Part shown: positions 18,375 to 27,243 of the stretch, piece by piece
Layout of the letters: each line of letters begins with the position of its first letter
Numbering within the stretch: the stretch's first letter is position 1
From: a virus
Reading direction: 5' to 3' (one strand)
DNA: 64,000 nucleotides
Virus record (IMG/VR): IMGVR_UViG_3300047509_000088
Coordinates: 1 to 64,000 of that record
The notes under the pieces: model-generated
Told to the model about the DNA's origin: nothing
The model's input: only the letters and a program-made list of their open reading frames with translations
Database searches by the model: none
Position numbers and translations under genes: made by a program

Positions 18375-18403
18375 TCCGTCTATCTGGTTATGAGGTCTAG
18401 CCG

Positions 18404-18697
18404 ATGAAAGCCGAGGGGATCGGCGGCGAGCTGTTGGTTGGCGGGTATCAGCATGCAGCCTATCTCGGACCGTGGCGACTGGGGCCATCCGACTCGGGGC
18501 CGGACCACTGGAAGATCGTGGCTCAGCTTGTTCATGTGGATTCGTACTGGATCACCCAGTCTCCGGTCCGGGTAGTTCTGCGGCTGGGCGATCTCGAATG
18601 GTCCTGGGATGACGTACAATTCGATCCTGACAACCCGTCGGCGTCGATCGTCTCAGGTATGCCCCGGGAAGGAGTCCGGGTAGTGAGGGGCGGCTAG
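18404..18697 (+). CDS. Hypothetical virion protein (possibly tube-like beta fold)
   Basis: G.GGELLVG...A.LG.W pattern. Confidence 0.45.
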   Translation: MKAEGIGGELLVGGYQHAAYLGPWRLGPSDSGPDHWKIVAQLVHVDSYWITQSPVRVVLRLGDLEWSWDDVQFDPDNPSASIVSGMPREGVRVVRGG

Positions 18698-19102
18698 GTG
18701 GACATCAAGATCAAGTCGGAGATCACTGGAGTGGATCGGTCGATCGATCAGCTTCGGCGTCTTCGCCGCGAGCTGCCCAGCGCGCCCAAGGAGGCGATCT
18801 CGGCCGGTGCCCGGACCATCATGGCCGCCACCGACTCGATCATCGCCCGCCGGACCGGAGCCCTGATGGCATCTGGCGAGGTGGAGATCTGGTCCCAGGG
18901 TGACTCCCACGGAGCGACCGTCACATATGGCCGTGGTATCTCGTACGCGGTCTATGCGATGTTCCAGAGGCGCAACTACAAGCGCACCCCGCCCGGTGAG
19001 GTCGATGCTTTGTTCAAGGCCGCCAGATTCCTGGGGCCGGGGATTCAGTTCAACATGAGGCTGGCGGTGGACGCGCTGGTGAGGAGAATCGAGAGTGGCT
19101 AG
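18698..19102 (+). CDS. HK97 gp10-like neck/tail completion protein
   Basis: RTGAL.ASG, V.YG....YAVY. Confidence 0.7.
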   Translation: MDIKIKSEITGVDRSIDQLRRLRRELPSAPKEAISAGARTIMAATDSIIARRTGALMASGEVEIWSQGDSHGATVTYGRGISYAVYAMFQRRNYKRTPPGEVDALFKAARFLGPGIQFNMRLAVDALVRRIESG

Positions 19103-19532
19103 GTTCGAGGCTTTCGCGCAACCCGGCATCGTCCGGCTCTGGCTGATCGACCACGAGGACGGCACGCCGGACGAAGACGGGCCCTGGGTCGAGGTCAAGG
19201 CCGAGATCGGCGACAGGGACCAGCGAAAGATCGACTCGGCCCTACTGCGCGGCGCCCAACAGGTCACTCCAGAGGGCGGCGATCCCAATACAGTCGAGCT
19301 GAAGCTGGACGGCGCCGGAGTGGCGGGTGTCAAGTTTCGAACCTATCTCGTAGCGTGGAGTTTCATGGACCGGAACGACAAGCCAGTCAAGCTGAACGCG
19401 GACTCGATCGCGGCCTTGAAGCCGCATGTCGCTGACCGCATTCTCGAAAAGCTGAACGCCTATATCGACGCTCAGGCGGAGGAGCGGGCATCAGACCCTT
19501 TCAAGAGCAGCTCGGAACGAGAGTCCGCGTGA
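19095..19532 (+). CDS. Tail assembly chaperone (gpG-like)
   Basis: YLVAWSF.D...PV; upstream of the tape measure gene; slippery site near the 3' end. Confidence 0.8.
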   Translation: MARFEAFAQPGIVRLWLIDHEDGTPDEDGPWVEVKAEIGDRDQRKIDSALLRGAQQVTPEGGDPNTVELKLDGAGVAGVKFRTYLVAWSFMDRNDKPVKLNADSIAALKPHVADRILEKLNAYIDAQAEERASDPFKSSSERESA

Positions 19533-19651
19533 TGAAGCGGATGCACTGGACCTGGGACGAGCTGGGCAACACTCCTCGGTACGTGATAGACAAGGTGATC
19601 GAAGTCCTCCAGGAAGAGTCGGACGACATCGAGGACGAGCTGGAAGGGTAA
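19095..19651 (+). CDS. Tail assembly chaperone frameshift product (gpGT-like)
   Basis: -1 frame after CCCTTTC stays open: QEQLGTRVRVMKRMHWTWDELGNTP...EDELEG, stop at 19649-19651. Confidence 0.75.
19496..19502 (+). promoter_or_regulatory. -1 programmed ribosomal frameshift heptamer C CCT TTC
   Basis: X XXY YYZ in the correct phase at the end of the chaperone gene. Confidence 0.8.
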
Positions 19652-19660
19652 GTTAGGGAT

Positions 19661-22600
19661 ATGGCCGATATTCGCGTAAGGATCATCAACGAGGTCTCGG
19701 GCGCATCCGAGATCGACAGGCAGATCGTACGCGAGCAGGCGCTTCGAGCCGAGACTGAAAAGCTGGGCACCGCTCATCTCCAGTTGGGCCAGCGGATGGA
19801 ACTCTCTCGCGCAGAGTCTCAGAAGCTCGGCGAGATCATGCGCCTCCAGGGGTCATCGATGAGCGACGCCAAGGCCGCCACCGCCGCGCTGGGTCAGATT
19901 ATGGGATTGACCGCAAATGAGTCAGCCAGGGCTGGACAGACTTTCAAGAATGTCGTGACGCCGGCCGTCGCTGAGTTGAATCGCGGCTTTGGTGATATGG
20001 CCAAGGTCCAGAAGTTGCTCGGCGGCGGCGGTGGTCTGTTTGGTGAAGCGCTGAAGCCGTTTGCGTCTGACATGAAGGGTGCCGGTCAAGCGGTCGAGGA
20101 ATCGTCGAGGTCGTTCGGGAAAATGACGACGGTCGCCGACCAGATGGTCAAGAAGCTGTCCGGCGAGGAGCTGAAAGCCCTGCCGAACGTGATGCACGCC
20201 GCCAAGGTTGGCGCCGAGGAAACCGAAAGGGCCTTCGGCGACCTGGCCAAGGTCGGCGAGCAGATGGGCGTTCAATTGACTGGCGGCGCATTGAAGGATC
20301 TGCCGTCTGTTCTTAAGAATACGGAAAAGGCGATCACCGACGTCACAACCGAAGCCGTGCGTGGTTTCGGCGATATGGCCAAGGTCGGCGAGCTGATGAG
20401 CGTCAAGTTGATCGGTGGCGCACTGAAAGATCTGCCAAACGCGATGCAGGCCGCCAGAGCGGGCGCCGACGAAACAGCCAGGTCATTCGGTGACATGGCC
20501 AAGGTTGGCGAACAGATGGGCGTCAGGTTGACAGGCGGTGCGTTAAAGGATCTGCCGTCGATCATGGAGAAAACCGGCACGTCTATTCGGTCGATGAACA
20601 GGGACTTCGCCGACGCCCGTGCGGTTTCGGCGGCGCTTGGATCGACCCTGGGGGTCACCGGCCGCGAGTTCGAGAAGATCGCCGCCGAGGCGGTCAATGT
20701 CGCCGGGGGAGCTGATTCGACGGCTAGGTCAGGCGGGTTCCTGTCCAATATCTTCAGTACACTAACATCAAATTCGACCGGCCTGAACAAAGCCCTCACC
20801 CAGATGGGAGGGGGCGGAGGTGGGGGCGGAGGTGGTGGCGGTGGTGTGGTGGGCGCGCTTGGCGGCGCGTTCGGAGGACTGACCACGGTCCTCGGCGCCC
20901 TGCCACTGCCGGTCCTGATTCCCGTGCTTCTGGGGGTGGCCATGGCGGCTGCCTCACTGCTGACCCAGCTCGCCGGCCTTCTGTTCGTGATCGGGGCCAT
21001 GACGACCGCCCTGGTACTGGCGACCACCGTCCTGGTGACCTTCGCGGCGACGGCGTTCGGCGCCTTCGCCATACTCGGATTGGCAATCGCGCCGATCATT
21101 GCCATCGCGGTCGCTCTGGGGACCATGTCGGCCGCTCAAGCCAAGGCCAGTCAGACCGCGACTGCTGGAATGGTATCGGCTACCACCGCATATCAAAATG
21201 CTCAGAAGGCACTAGCTTCAGCACAGCAAACTTCTCCCGCCCTGGCGAACGCTCAGACCGCCGCCGGTATAACAGCCGGTCAGTTGCAGGTCGCACAACA
21301 GAATGTGGCTGCTCGGCCAACATCAATCGGTGCTCAGGGGGCGCTGTCCGCAGCTCAGGCCGCGAACCAGGGCGCGCAACAGACCCTCCTTCAGCAGCAA
21401 CAGGCACAGACCGACAAATTGGCCGCTGCCCAGGCCGCCCTCAAAACGGCAACCGACAACCTTGCTACAGCCCAGCAGGCGGTCGCTGCGACATCGGGTG
21501 TTCAGACCTCTGCGTTTCAGGGCTTGACGGATGGGATGTCGAAGATGACTCAGGTCTGGGTTGCGGCGGCGCTGCCGGCGCTGACTCAGATCAATGACTG
21601 GCTGGTCAAGAAGATCCTGCCATCAGTAACAGATCTCGGACTGGGCGTGATCAAGTGGTTCAGTAATGTGATCGGACCCACCCTCAAGGCGCTATCGCCG
21701 TTCTTCGACGCTCTTATCGTTGTCCTGAACAAGAGCGGTGGTCTCTTTGCGGATTTCTTCCAGAAGATGCTGGCACGGATGCCAGAGATACTGCCAATCT
21801 TCATTAGGCTCGGCGACATAGGTCTGCGTGCATTTTCGTGGCTGCTCGACGCCGGCATTCGATTCCTTGATTGGTTCATCAAGGAAGAGCCCGGACTGGA
21901 AAAGACAGCCAACAAGATCATGGATACGCTTGGCGGCGCTTTCGGCCAGGTACTAAAGGACGTCGATCATTTCATTACGTGGCTCGTTATAAACTGGCCC
22001 TCGATCCAACCCACGTTTCAGAGAACGGTTGACTTCATCGCTCAACAGATCGATAGACTGATCGGACCAGGCGGTGCGCTGGAGGGGTTTATCATATGGA
22101 TCGAGGACCCCAAGAATTTCGCCGATGCCATGAAGAACGCGGGCGATTTCATGCACGAGCTGGGGGATGCGGTCAATGGGCTGAACCAGGCTTTCCAGAC
22201 ACTGAATTCGATTGTCAACTCGCAAGGGTTCAAGGATACCATCAAGACCCTACAGACACTCGCAAGCGTGGTCAAGCTTCTCCATGACCTTGGCTCTGAG
22301 ACCAGCCCCGGAGCAAACCTTCAAAGGTTCGCCGAGAACCCGTCGGGAAGCAGTGGGCTCGGAGATGGAGGTGGAGGCGGGTCATCTGGTCCGGGCGTGT
22401 TTGGCAAGGGCGGTAAGCAGTTCGGCGGGGTTGTGACTGGTCCTGGCGGAATCGATAACGTCCTTACTCGTCTAACCGCAGGCGAGGGGATCGTGACAAC
22501 CTCGGGTATGAGTCGGATCGGGGCGTCCGGTCTGGCCGCGATCAACTCGGGCGCCAATCTGTCCGGAGGTGGCAGCATGGCGCGGGTTGAGGCGCTTCTC

Positions 22601-22726
22601 CAGCAGTTGATCTCGGCCCAGTCTGGCGGCGGTCTGGTCGTGAACGCTACGGCGATGGACCATAGGTCGCTGGCAGTCGAGATCGAGAAGCAGCGCCAAT
22701 TCAGCGTAGCGGCGGGTAGGGCATGA
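19661..22726 (+). CDS. Tape measure protein
   Basis: 1021 aa, Ala/Gly-rich helical, about 40-aa FGDMAKVGEQM repeats, hydrophobic block, C-terminal FGG.V.GPGG.D.V..RLT.GE. Confidence 0.92.
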   Translation: MADIRVRIINEVSGASEIDRQIVREQALRAETEKLGTAHLQLGQRMELSRAESQKLGEIMRLQGSSMSDAKAATAALGQIMGLTANESARAGQTFKNVVTPAVAELNRGFGDMAKVQKLLGGGGGLFGEALKPFASDMKGAGQAVEESSRSFGKMTTVADQMVKKLSGEELKALPNVMHAAKVGAEETERAFGDLAKVGEQMGVQLTGGALKDLPSVLKNTEKAITDVTTEAVRGFGDMAKVGELMSVKLIGGALKDLPNAMQAARAGADETARSFGDMAKVGEQMGVRLTGGALKDLPSIMEKTGTSIRSMNRDFADARAVSAALGSTLGVTGREFEKIAAEAVNVAGGADSTARSGGFLSNIFSTLTSNSTGLNKALTQMGGGGGGGGGGGGGVVGALGGAFGGLTTVLGALPLPVLIPVLLGVAMAAASLLTQLAGLLFVIGAMTTALVLATTVLVTFAATAFGAFAILGLAIAPIIAIAVALGTMSAAQAKASQTATAGMVSATTAYQNAQKALASAQQTSPALANAQTAAGITAGQLQVAQQNVAARPTSIGAQGALSAAQAANQGAQQTLLQQQQAQTDKLAAAQAALKTATDNLATAQQAVAATSGVQTSAFQGLTDGMSKMTQVWVAAALPALTQINDWLVKKILPSVTDLGLGVIKWFSNVIGPTLKALSPFFDALIVVLNKSGGLFADFFQKMLARMPEILPIFIRLGDIGLRAFSWLLDAGIRFLDWFIKEEPGLEKTANKIMDTLGGAFGQVLKDVDHFITWLVINWPSIQPTFQRTVDFIAQQIDRLIGPGGALEGFIIWIEDPKNFADAMKNAGDFMHELGDAVNGLNQAFQTLNSIVNSQGFKDTIKTLQTLASVVKLLHDLGSETSPGANLQRFAENPSGSSGLGDGGGGGSSGPGVFGKGGKQFGGVVTGPGGIDNVLTRLTAGEGIVTTSGMSRIGASGLAAINSGANLSGGGSMARVEALLQQLISAQSGGGLVVNATAMDHRSLAVEIEKQRQFSVAAGRA

Positions 22727-23475
22727 GTATTCCTTTTGAAGCCGGGAGTTACGGCGGCGTCAGTTGGGGCTATCCGGGAGATCCGTATCGGATTCAGGCG
22801 GCAACTGGCTTCCGGGATTTGCCTCAATTGAGGCGTCGGGTTACGCCCCACAGTCAGGCAGACGGCGCCGCGAGGTCGAAGTACCGCTTGGATGAACATA
22901 TTCTTCAACTAACATTCCATATCATCCCGATCCTCGGTCAAACGGTCGATACCTCATGTCGGCTGCTCGAAGCCGCCACCCCCCGGAACGCCGGCCTGCC
23001 GGGCGTTCTGTTGTTTGACAACTCGACCAAGCGAGCAACCTGCTTCGTCGCCAACCGGGCAATTACGCCGGGCGCGAAAGACAACTACGCTTCGGCGGTC
23101 GTCCAGTTCGAGCTGTCCGATCCGAAGATCTATTCGGACCCGGCAACCACCCAAACCGGAACCATCCCCACGACAATCTCGGTAACCAACTCGGGGAACG
23201 ATCGAGCCGGCTGGGTCGCGACCATCACTGGGGCGTGCGTCAACCCGGCGATCACGTACGGATCAGCCATCGTGAGGATTCCGAGGACGATGTCTGGCGG
23301 GGACGTCCTGATCGTGGATGCGTATCAATTGACCTGTACCTTGAACGGCACCCGTGTGTCAGAGACCCCGGCATCAGACTGGTTCCTGATCGACCCGGGT
23401 ACGAGTCCCGTCGTCTTCTCGGCCGACAGCGGCACTCCGACCGTTTCGCTGGTCACCAGGTCAGCGTGGGCCTGA
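22723..23475 (+). CDS. Distal tail protein (Dit)
   Basis: Follows the TMP; F...DPKIYS, VTNSGN, G...NP.I, WF.I.PG. Confidence 0.8.
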   Translation: MSIPFEAGSYGGVSWGYPGDPYRIQAATGFRDLPQLRRRVTPHSQADGAARSKYRLDEHILQLTFHIIPILGQTVDTSCRLLEAATPRNAGLPGVLLFDNSTKRATCFVANRAITPGAKDNYASAVVQFELSDPKIYSDPATTQTGTIPTTISVTNSGNDRAGWVATITGACVNPAITYGSAIVRIPRTMSGGDVLIVDAYQLTCTLNGTRVSETPASDWFLIDPGTSPVVFSADSGTPTVSLVTRSAWA

Positions 23476-23478
23476 CGG

Positions 23479-26400
23479 ATGTCGTATGACAGCACGATTC
23501 TTGCTGACGGCCCAATTGGATTCTGGAAACTCTCAGAATCAATAGGCGCGACCAGCTTCGCCGACTCATCCGGGAACGGTCTGACCGGGACAGTTGACGT
23601 AGCCTCAACTGCTCCCGTCTTTGGTTCTACGGGCGTCCTACCCAACTCGTCCGATACGGCCGTTCACTTTGCCGGCCGAGCGGCAGGGTTGTCAATCCTG
23701 CGAGTCGCGGGCGTAGGTGCATTCATAGACGATACAGCCGGGCAGTCCCTTGAGTTCTGGACCCACATCTCGGCCGACTCTGACGGCGGTATTTGGTCAT
23801 GGTTCCAGTATGGCCCATCCGGCGTGGTGCCGTACAACGGCGCCTATCGGTCAAGCCACTGTCAGTACCCCTGTTTCAGTGAAACCGCTCGCCATGACAC
23901 CTTCGATGGCGAACCATTGAACGTAGACGGTGAGCTGCACCACGTCGTCTACACGCGACTGACTGGCGGCAACTTCAAATACTACGTAGACGGCATTCTT
24001 GTCGGGACGGTCGCTGCCGGGACGTATAGTCACACGGCGAACCTACTGATTGGCGGCGACGACGTCTCCGGTGACCCTCGCGAGTTCACGGGCGAGCTGG
24101 GGCGGGTATCGCTCTGGAACAAGGAGCTGTCTCAAGCCCAAGTCACGGCGCACTACCTGGCTGGTCTGACGCCGTATCGGGCGGCTGTTATGGCAGATAG
24201 CCCCTGGGCGTTTTACCCGATGGCGGCCGATTTTACTGATGTCTCCGGAAACGAACGCGACCTATCTGTTGCATCGGGAACCGTCACAACCGGCAACACC
24301 AACCTCTGTCCCGGCGATACTGGCGGAGCGTCGGCACATTTTGACGGCTCCAGCTACCTCGGCTTCGCGACATCCTCCAATCCGGGAATGACTCTTGAGT
24401 ATTGGGTTGAGCAGTCCGCCCATACCGACTACACGATAGCGGGCGATTACCCGGACTACAGCTTCGGGGTTTCGTCCGCGTATGCCACGTCGGCTCCATA
24501 TGCGATAGCCACGGGCGGCTCGTCGACCGGCGCGGTCTATGGGTCGTCTGGTCCAAATATCTCGGACGGCTCACCACACCACGTGGTCATGGCCTGGGCG
24601 GACGCTGATACGGTCGTGATCTACGTCGATGGGTCGGCCATCTCCCAGACAGGGACAATGCACCGGGTTCATGGTGGCGGCGGGTCGTTCGGCGGATTCG
24701 GCGGGACGCCCTGGCTAACTGGTAATATTCAGAACCTTGCGATCTATGACGGCCAGTTGTCGGCTGCTCGGGTCCTAGCGCACTACGACGCCGGGACCGG
24801 TGCCGGCGGGGTCAACCTGGTTCGTACTGCCGCTGACGGTCTATCCGAAGTAGCTGATTCCTCCGGCCGATTAATGGCGCTTGGACGGGCGTTTGGGGAC
24901 TTACTGTCAGCGATCGCTGATTTCGCGGTCAACTTCGGAACAAACGTCTCCCTCACCCGGACGGCTGTCGATACGACTCCGGTTATCACGGATGCTGCCG
25001 CTGGGACCGTAACCACCGGCGTCGCTCTCGTGCGGACCGCTCACGACACCATCCCTATCATCTCGGATACGGCTCGACGGGTCGTGATCGAATCCCTTCA
25101 GGCGCAATTTCACCCCGAGATTGTGTTCAAGTCGTTTGATCTGAATACACTTGAATACTTTGGAACGCTGCCGCTGGACGGCGTAACGTTTCAGTGCCGA
25201 TATAATTCGTTGATAGGAACCTTGCAAGGAACCCTGGCACTTGATCCGGCACCGAACCCCCTTCCCCGCCCAGAGGCCATCCGGCTGCGTAGGATGCTCA
25301 TAGTCGAGATCAACGAATGGCCAGCATGGGTGGGTGTGATTGATAGGTTGAACTGGGACAGCGATTCGAGTCTTTACCAATTCAGAGCATCTGAACTCTG
25401 GGGGCTGTTTGACGCTTGGCCGCTCGTGAACGACAGAGTATATCCGGATATTGAGCAAATAGCGATCTACCAAGATTTGATGAACAACGACGTCGCGCCA
25501 TTTGTTCTGCCGTCTGGATGTGCTGAATGGTTTGTCACGTCCGATATTCATCGAAACGAAGCAATCATCGGGTCGGCCAACATGCTCTTCGGGAACTTCG
25601 TTCGCGCGCACGGTATCTCAATTTTCGACGGCTACCAGATTCGCGGTCCAAGGGTCGTGTATCTGGACGCCAGCCAGACTCCCTATCTGGTACTAGAAGC
25701 CGCTTCACCGACGCTCGGGCATCGATATGACGGGATCAACACCCCGAGATTCAGATATCTTCCCCAGGGCGGCGAGATCATCAAGGTCACCTGGGCGGAT
25801 GATGCCGCCGTCGGCGCCGGGTATGCGACCACTATCTTCGGGACGTCTATTCTTTCGGGGAACCCGGCGCCTGCTCCACTGACGGCTGTGTCTGAGAATA
25901 CGGCCCTGATATCGGCTGGCTGGCCGAGGGTTGCGTATGTTCTGCCGGCTGTCCAGGACTATACGCAAGGAGAACTCCAGGCCCGGTGCGACGCCGAGAA
26001 GTGGCGGCGAGCACTTGTGTACGGTGCCCCGTCAGTAACGATTACCCTCGCGGCATACTGGCAATCTCGATTGCTGCCGGGGGATGACGCCGTCTTGGTC
26101 CTCCAGGATAATCTGCGTTGGCCAGTCAAAACGACCCTCGTCTATCGTGTGACTGAGATTGAAGTTGACGTCGAAGCTGAAACGGCGACCTTGACCTTTG
26201 ATCCATCGTCAGTAGCCATTCTGACGGCATATGGTCCCGAGCTGGCCGATGAAGCTCTGACTCAGATGCCCGGCACCACAAACCAGAACCCGTCAAACGG
26301 CCCCGGTCAGGATACGGGTGGTTCGTATTATCCGCCCATTATCATAGGCCCTCCGAATCTGCCGATTGGATATCCGCCTCCTCCTACGACCCCGCCGCCG

Positions 26401-26829
26401 TTCACTGCTCTGCTGTACCGTGCCAACCAGGATAGTTTGGCCGGTTCGACGGTCTCATTCGGCAGTCCGACCTACTCAGGTTCGGGTACAGGTCTGGTCG
26501 CAAGGCTTCCGGGTGCAACCCAGGTGGCAGGGCAGTCGATCTGGTTCAACACGGACTGGTCGGGGTCGATCATGGGTACAGATATCCCGGTCACGCTCGA
26601 CCTGGTCTGGACGTCATCCATCCTCGGCGTGGTGGCGCGAACACGGGTCACGGTCGAGGCTCGGTCGGACGGCCCTTCTGAATTTTCGCTTGCGGTCTCG
26701 TATTCGGCCTGGTCATACAATCCGCTCGTGGGAGATATGGTTCCCTCGTTGGAGGTTGCGGCGGCGGCGGGCTCCTGGACGATCACTCACCTTGACGCCG
26801 AGTTCCTGATATCCACTCTGGCCCAGTAG
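23479..26829 (+). CDS. Tail tip protein: two N-terminal LamG/ConA-like domains fused to a minor tail/hub domain
   Basis: Two Y...(I/V).AD.P..F....HHVV....YVDG...LS.A.V.AHY.AG units; L.RTA.D linker repeats; C-terminal W.GVI and PGD...V.EI.V. Confidence 0.75.
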   Translation: MSYDSTILADGPIGFWKLSESIGATSFADSSGNGLTGTVDVASTAPVFGSTGVLPNSSDTAVHFAGRAAGLSILRVAGVGAFIDDTAGQSLEFWTHISADSDGGIWSWFQYGPSGVVPYNGAYRSSHCQYPCFSETARHDTFDGEPLNVDGELHHVVYTRLTGGNFKYYVDGILVGTVAAGTYSHTANLLIGGDDVSGDPREFTGELGRVSLWNKELSQAQVTAHYLAGLTPYRAAVMADSPWAFYPMAADFTDVSGNERDLSVASGTVTTGNTNLCPGDTGGASAHFDGSSYLGFATSSNPGMTLEYWVEQSAHTDYTIAGDYPDYSFGVSSAYATSAPYAIATGGSSTGAVYGSSGPNISDGSPHHVVMAWADADTVVIYVDGSAISQTGTMHRVHGGGGSFGGFGGTPWLTGNIQNLAIYDGQLSAARVLAHYDAGTGAGGVNLVRTAADGLSEVADSSGRLMALGRAFGDLLSAIADFAVNFGTNVSLTRTAVDTTPVITDAAAGTVTTGVALVRTAHDTIPIISDTARRVVIESLQAQFHPEIVFKSFDLNTLEYFGTLPLDGVTFQCRYNSLIGTLQGTLALDPAPNPLPRPEAIRLRRMLIVEINEWPAWVGVIDRLNWDSDSSLYQFRASELWGLFDAWPLVNDRVYPDIEQIAIYQDLMNNDVAPFVLPSGCAEWFVTSDIHRNEAIIGSANMLFGNFVRAHGISIFDGYQIRGPRVVYLDASQTPYLVLEAASPTLGHRYDGINTPRFRYLPQGGEIIKVTWADDAAVGAGYATTIFGTSILSGNPAPAPLTAVSENTALISAGWPRVAYVLPAVQDYTQGELQARCDAEKWRRALVYGAPSVTITLAAYWQSRLLPGDDAVLVLQDNLRWPVKTTLVYRVTEIEVDVEAETATLTFDPSSVAILTAYGPELADEALTQMPGTTNQNPSNGPGQDTGGSYYPPIIIGPPNLPIGYPPPPTTPPPFTALLYRANQDSLAGSTVSFGSPTYSGSGTGLVARLPGATQVAGQSIWFNTDWSGSIMGTDIPVTLDLVWTSSILGVVARTRVTVEARSDGPSEFSLAVSYSAWSYNPLVGDMVPSLEVAAAAGSWTITHLDAEFLISTLAQ

Positions 26830-26848
26830 GGAGGCTATACTACCTGGC

Positions 26849-27220
26849 ATGAGCGTGAATCCCGAGAGCGGCGGCGCCTGGTTCCTCTCCGGGGGGCTGT
26901 TTCAGGCGCTCAACAACTACACGGCGGCGCTCCAGGCCAACACCGCCGCCGTCCAGGCGAACTCGGTCCTTCTTCAGCAGTTGATCGACAAGGAGACACT
27001 TCTGATGGCAGATTTGACCGCACTCACGGCGATTGTGACGACCCTCGCGTCCGACGAGTCGACCCTGGCCACGAACATCGCGGCCGTCGAGACCGAGCTG
27101 GCGGCGGCAAAGGCGGCCGGCTTCACGCCCGCCAATCAGGCAGCCCTGGACGCCGCCATTGCCGCCCTGACGGCGACCCACACCCAGCTCCAGGCGGACG
27201 CAGCAGCGGCCGTCCCGTAA
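26849..27220 (+). CDS. Small coiled-coil protein
   Basis: Ala/Leu heptads; RBS GGAGG; possible internal start at MADL. Confidence 0.55.
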   Translation: MSVNPESGGAWFLSGGLFQALNNYTAALQANTAAVQANSVLLQQLIDKETLLMADLTALTAIVTTLASDESTLATNIAAVETELAAAKAAGFTPANQAALDAAIAALTATHTQLQADAAAAVP

Positions 27221-27243
27221 CAGATATCCTCAAGGGGAGGGGT

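Noticed and set aside
19496-19651. Tail chaperone frameshift as a novelty
   Set aside because: Canonical G/GT feature; listed as a feature only
19980-20620. About 40-aa repeats and poly-Gly in the tape measure protein
   Set aside because: Periodic repeats are normal in TMPs
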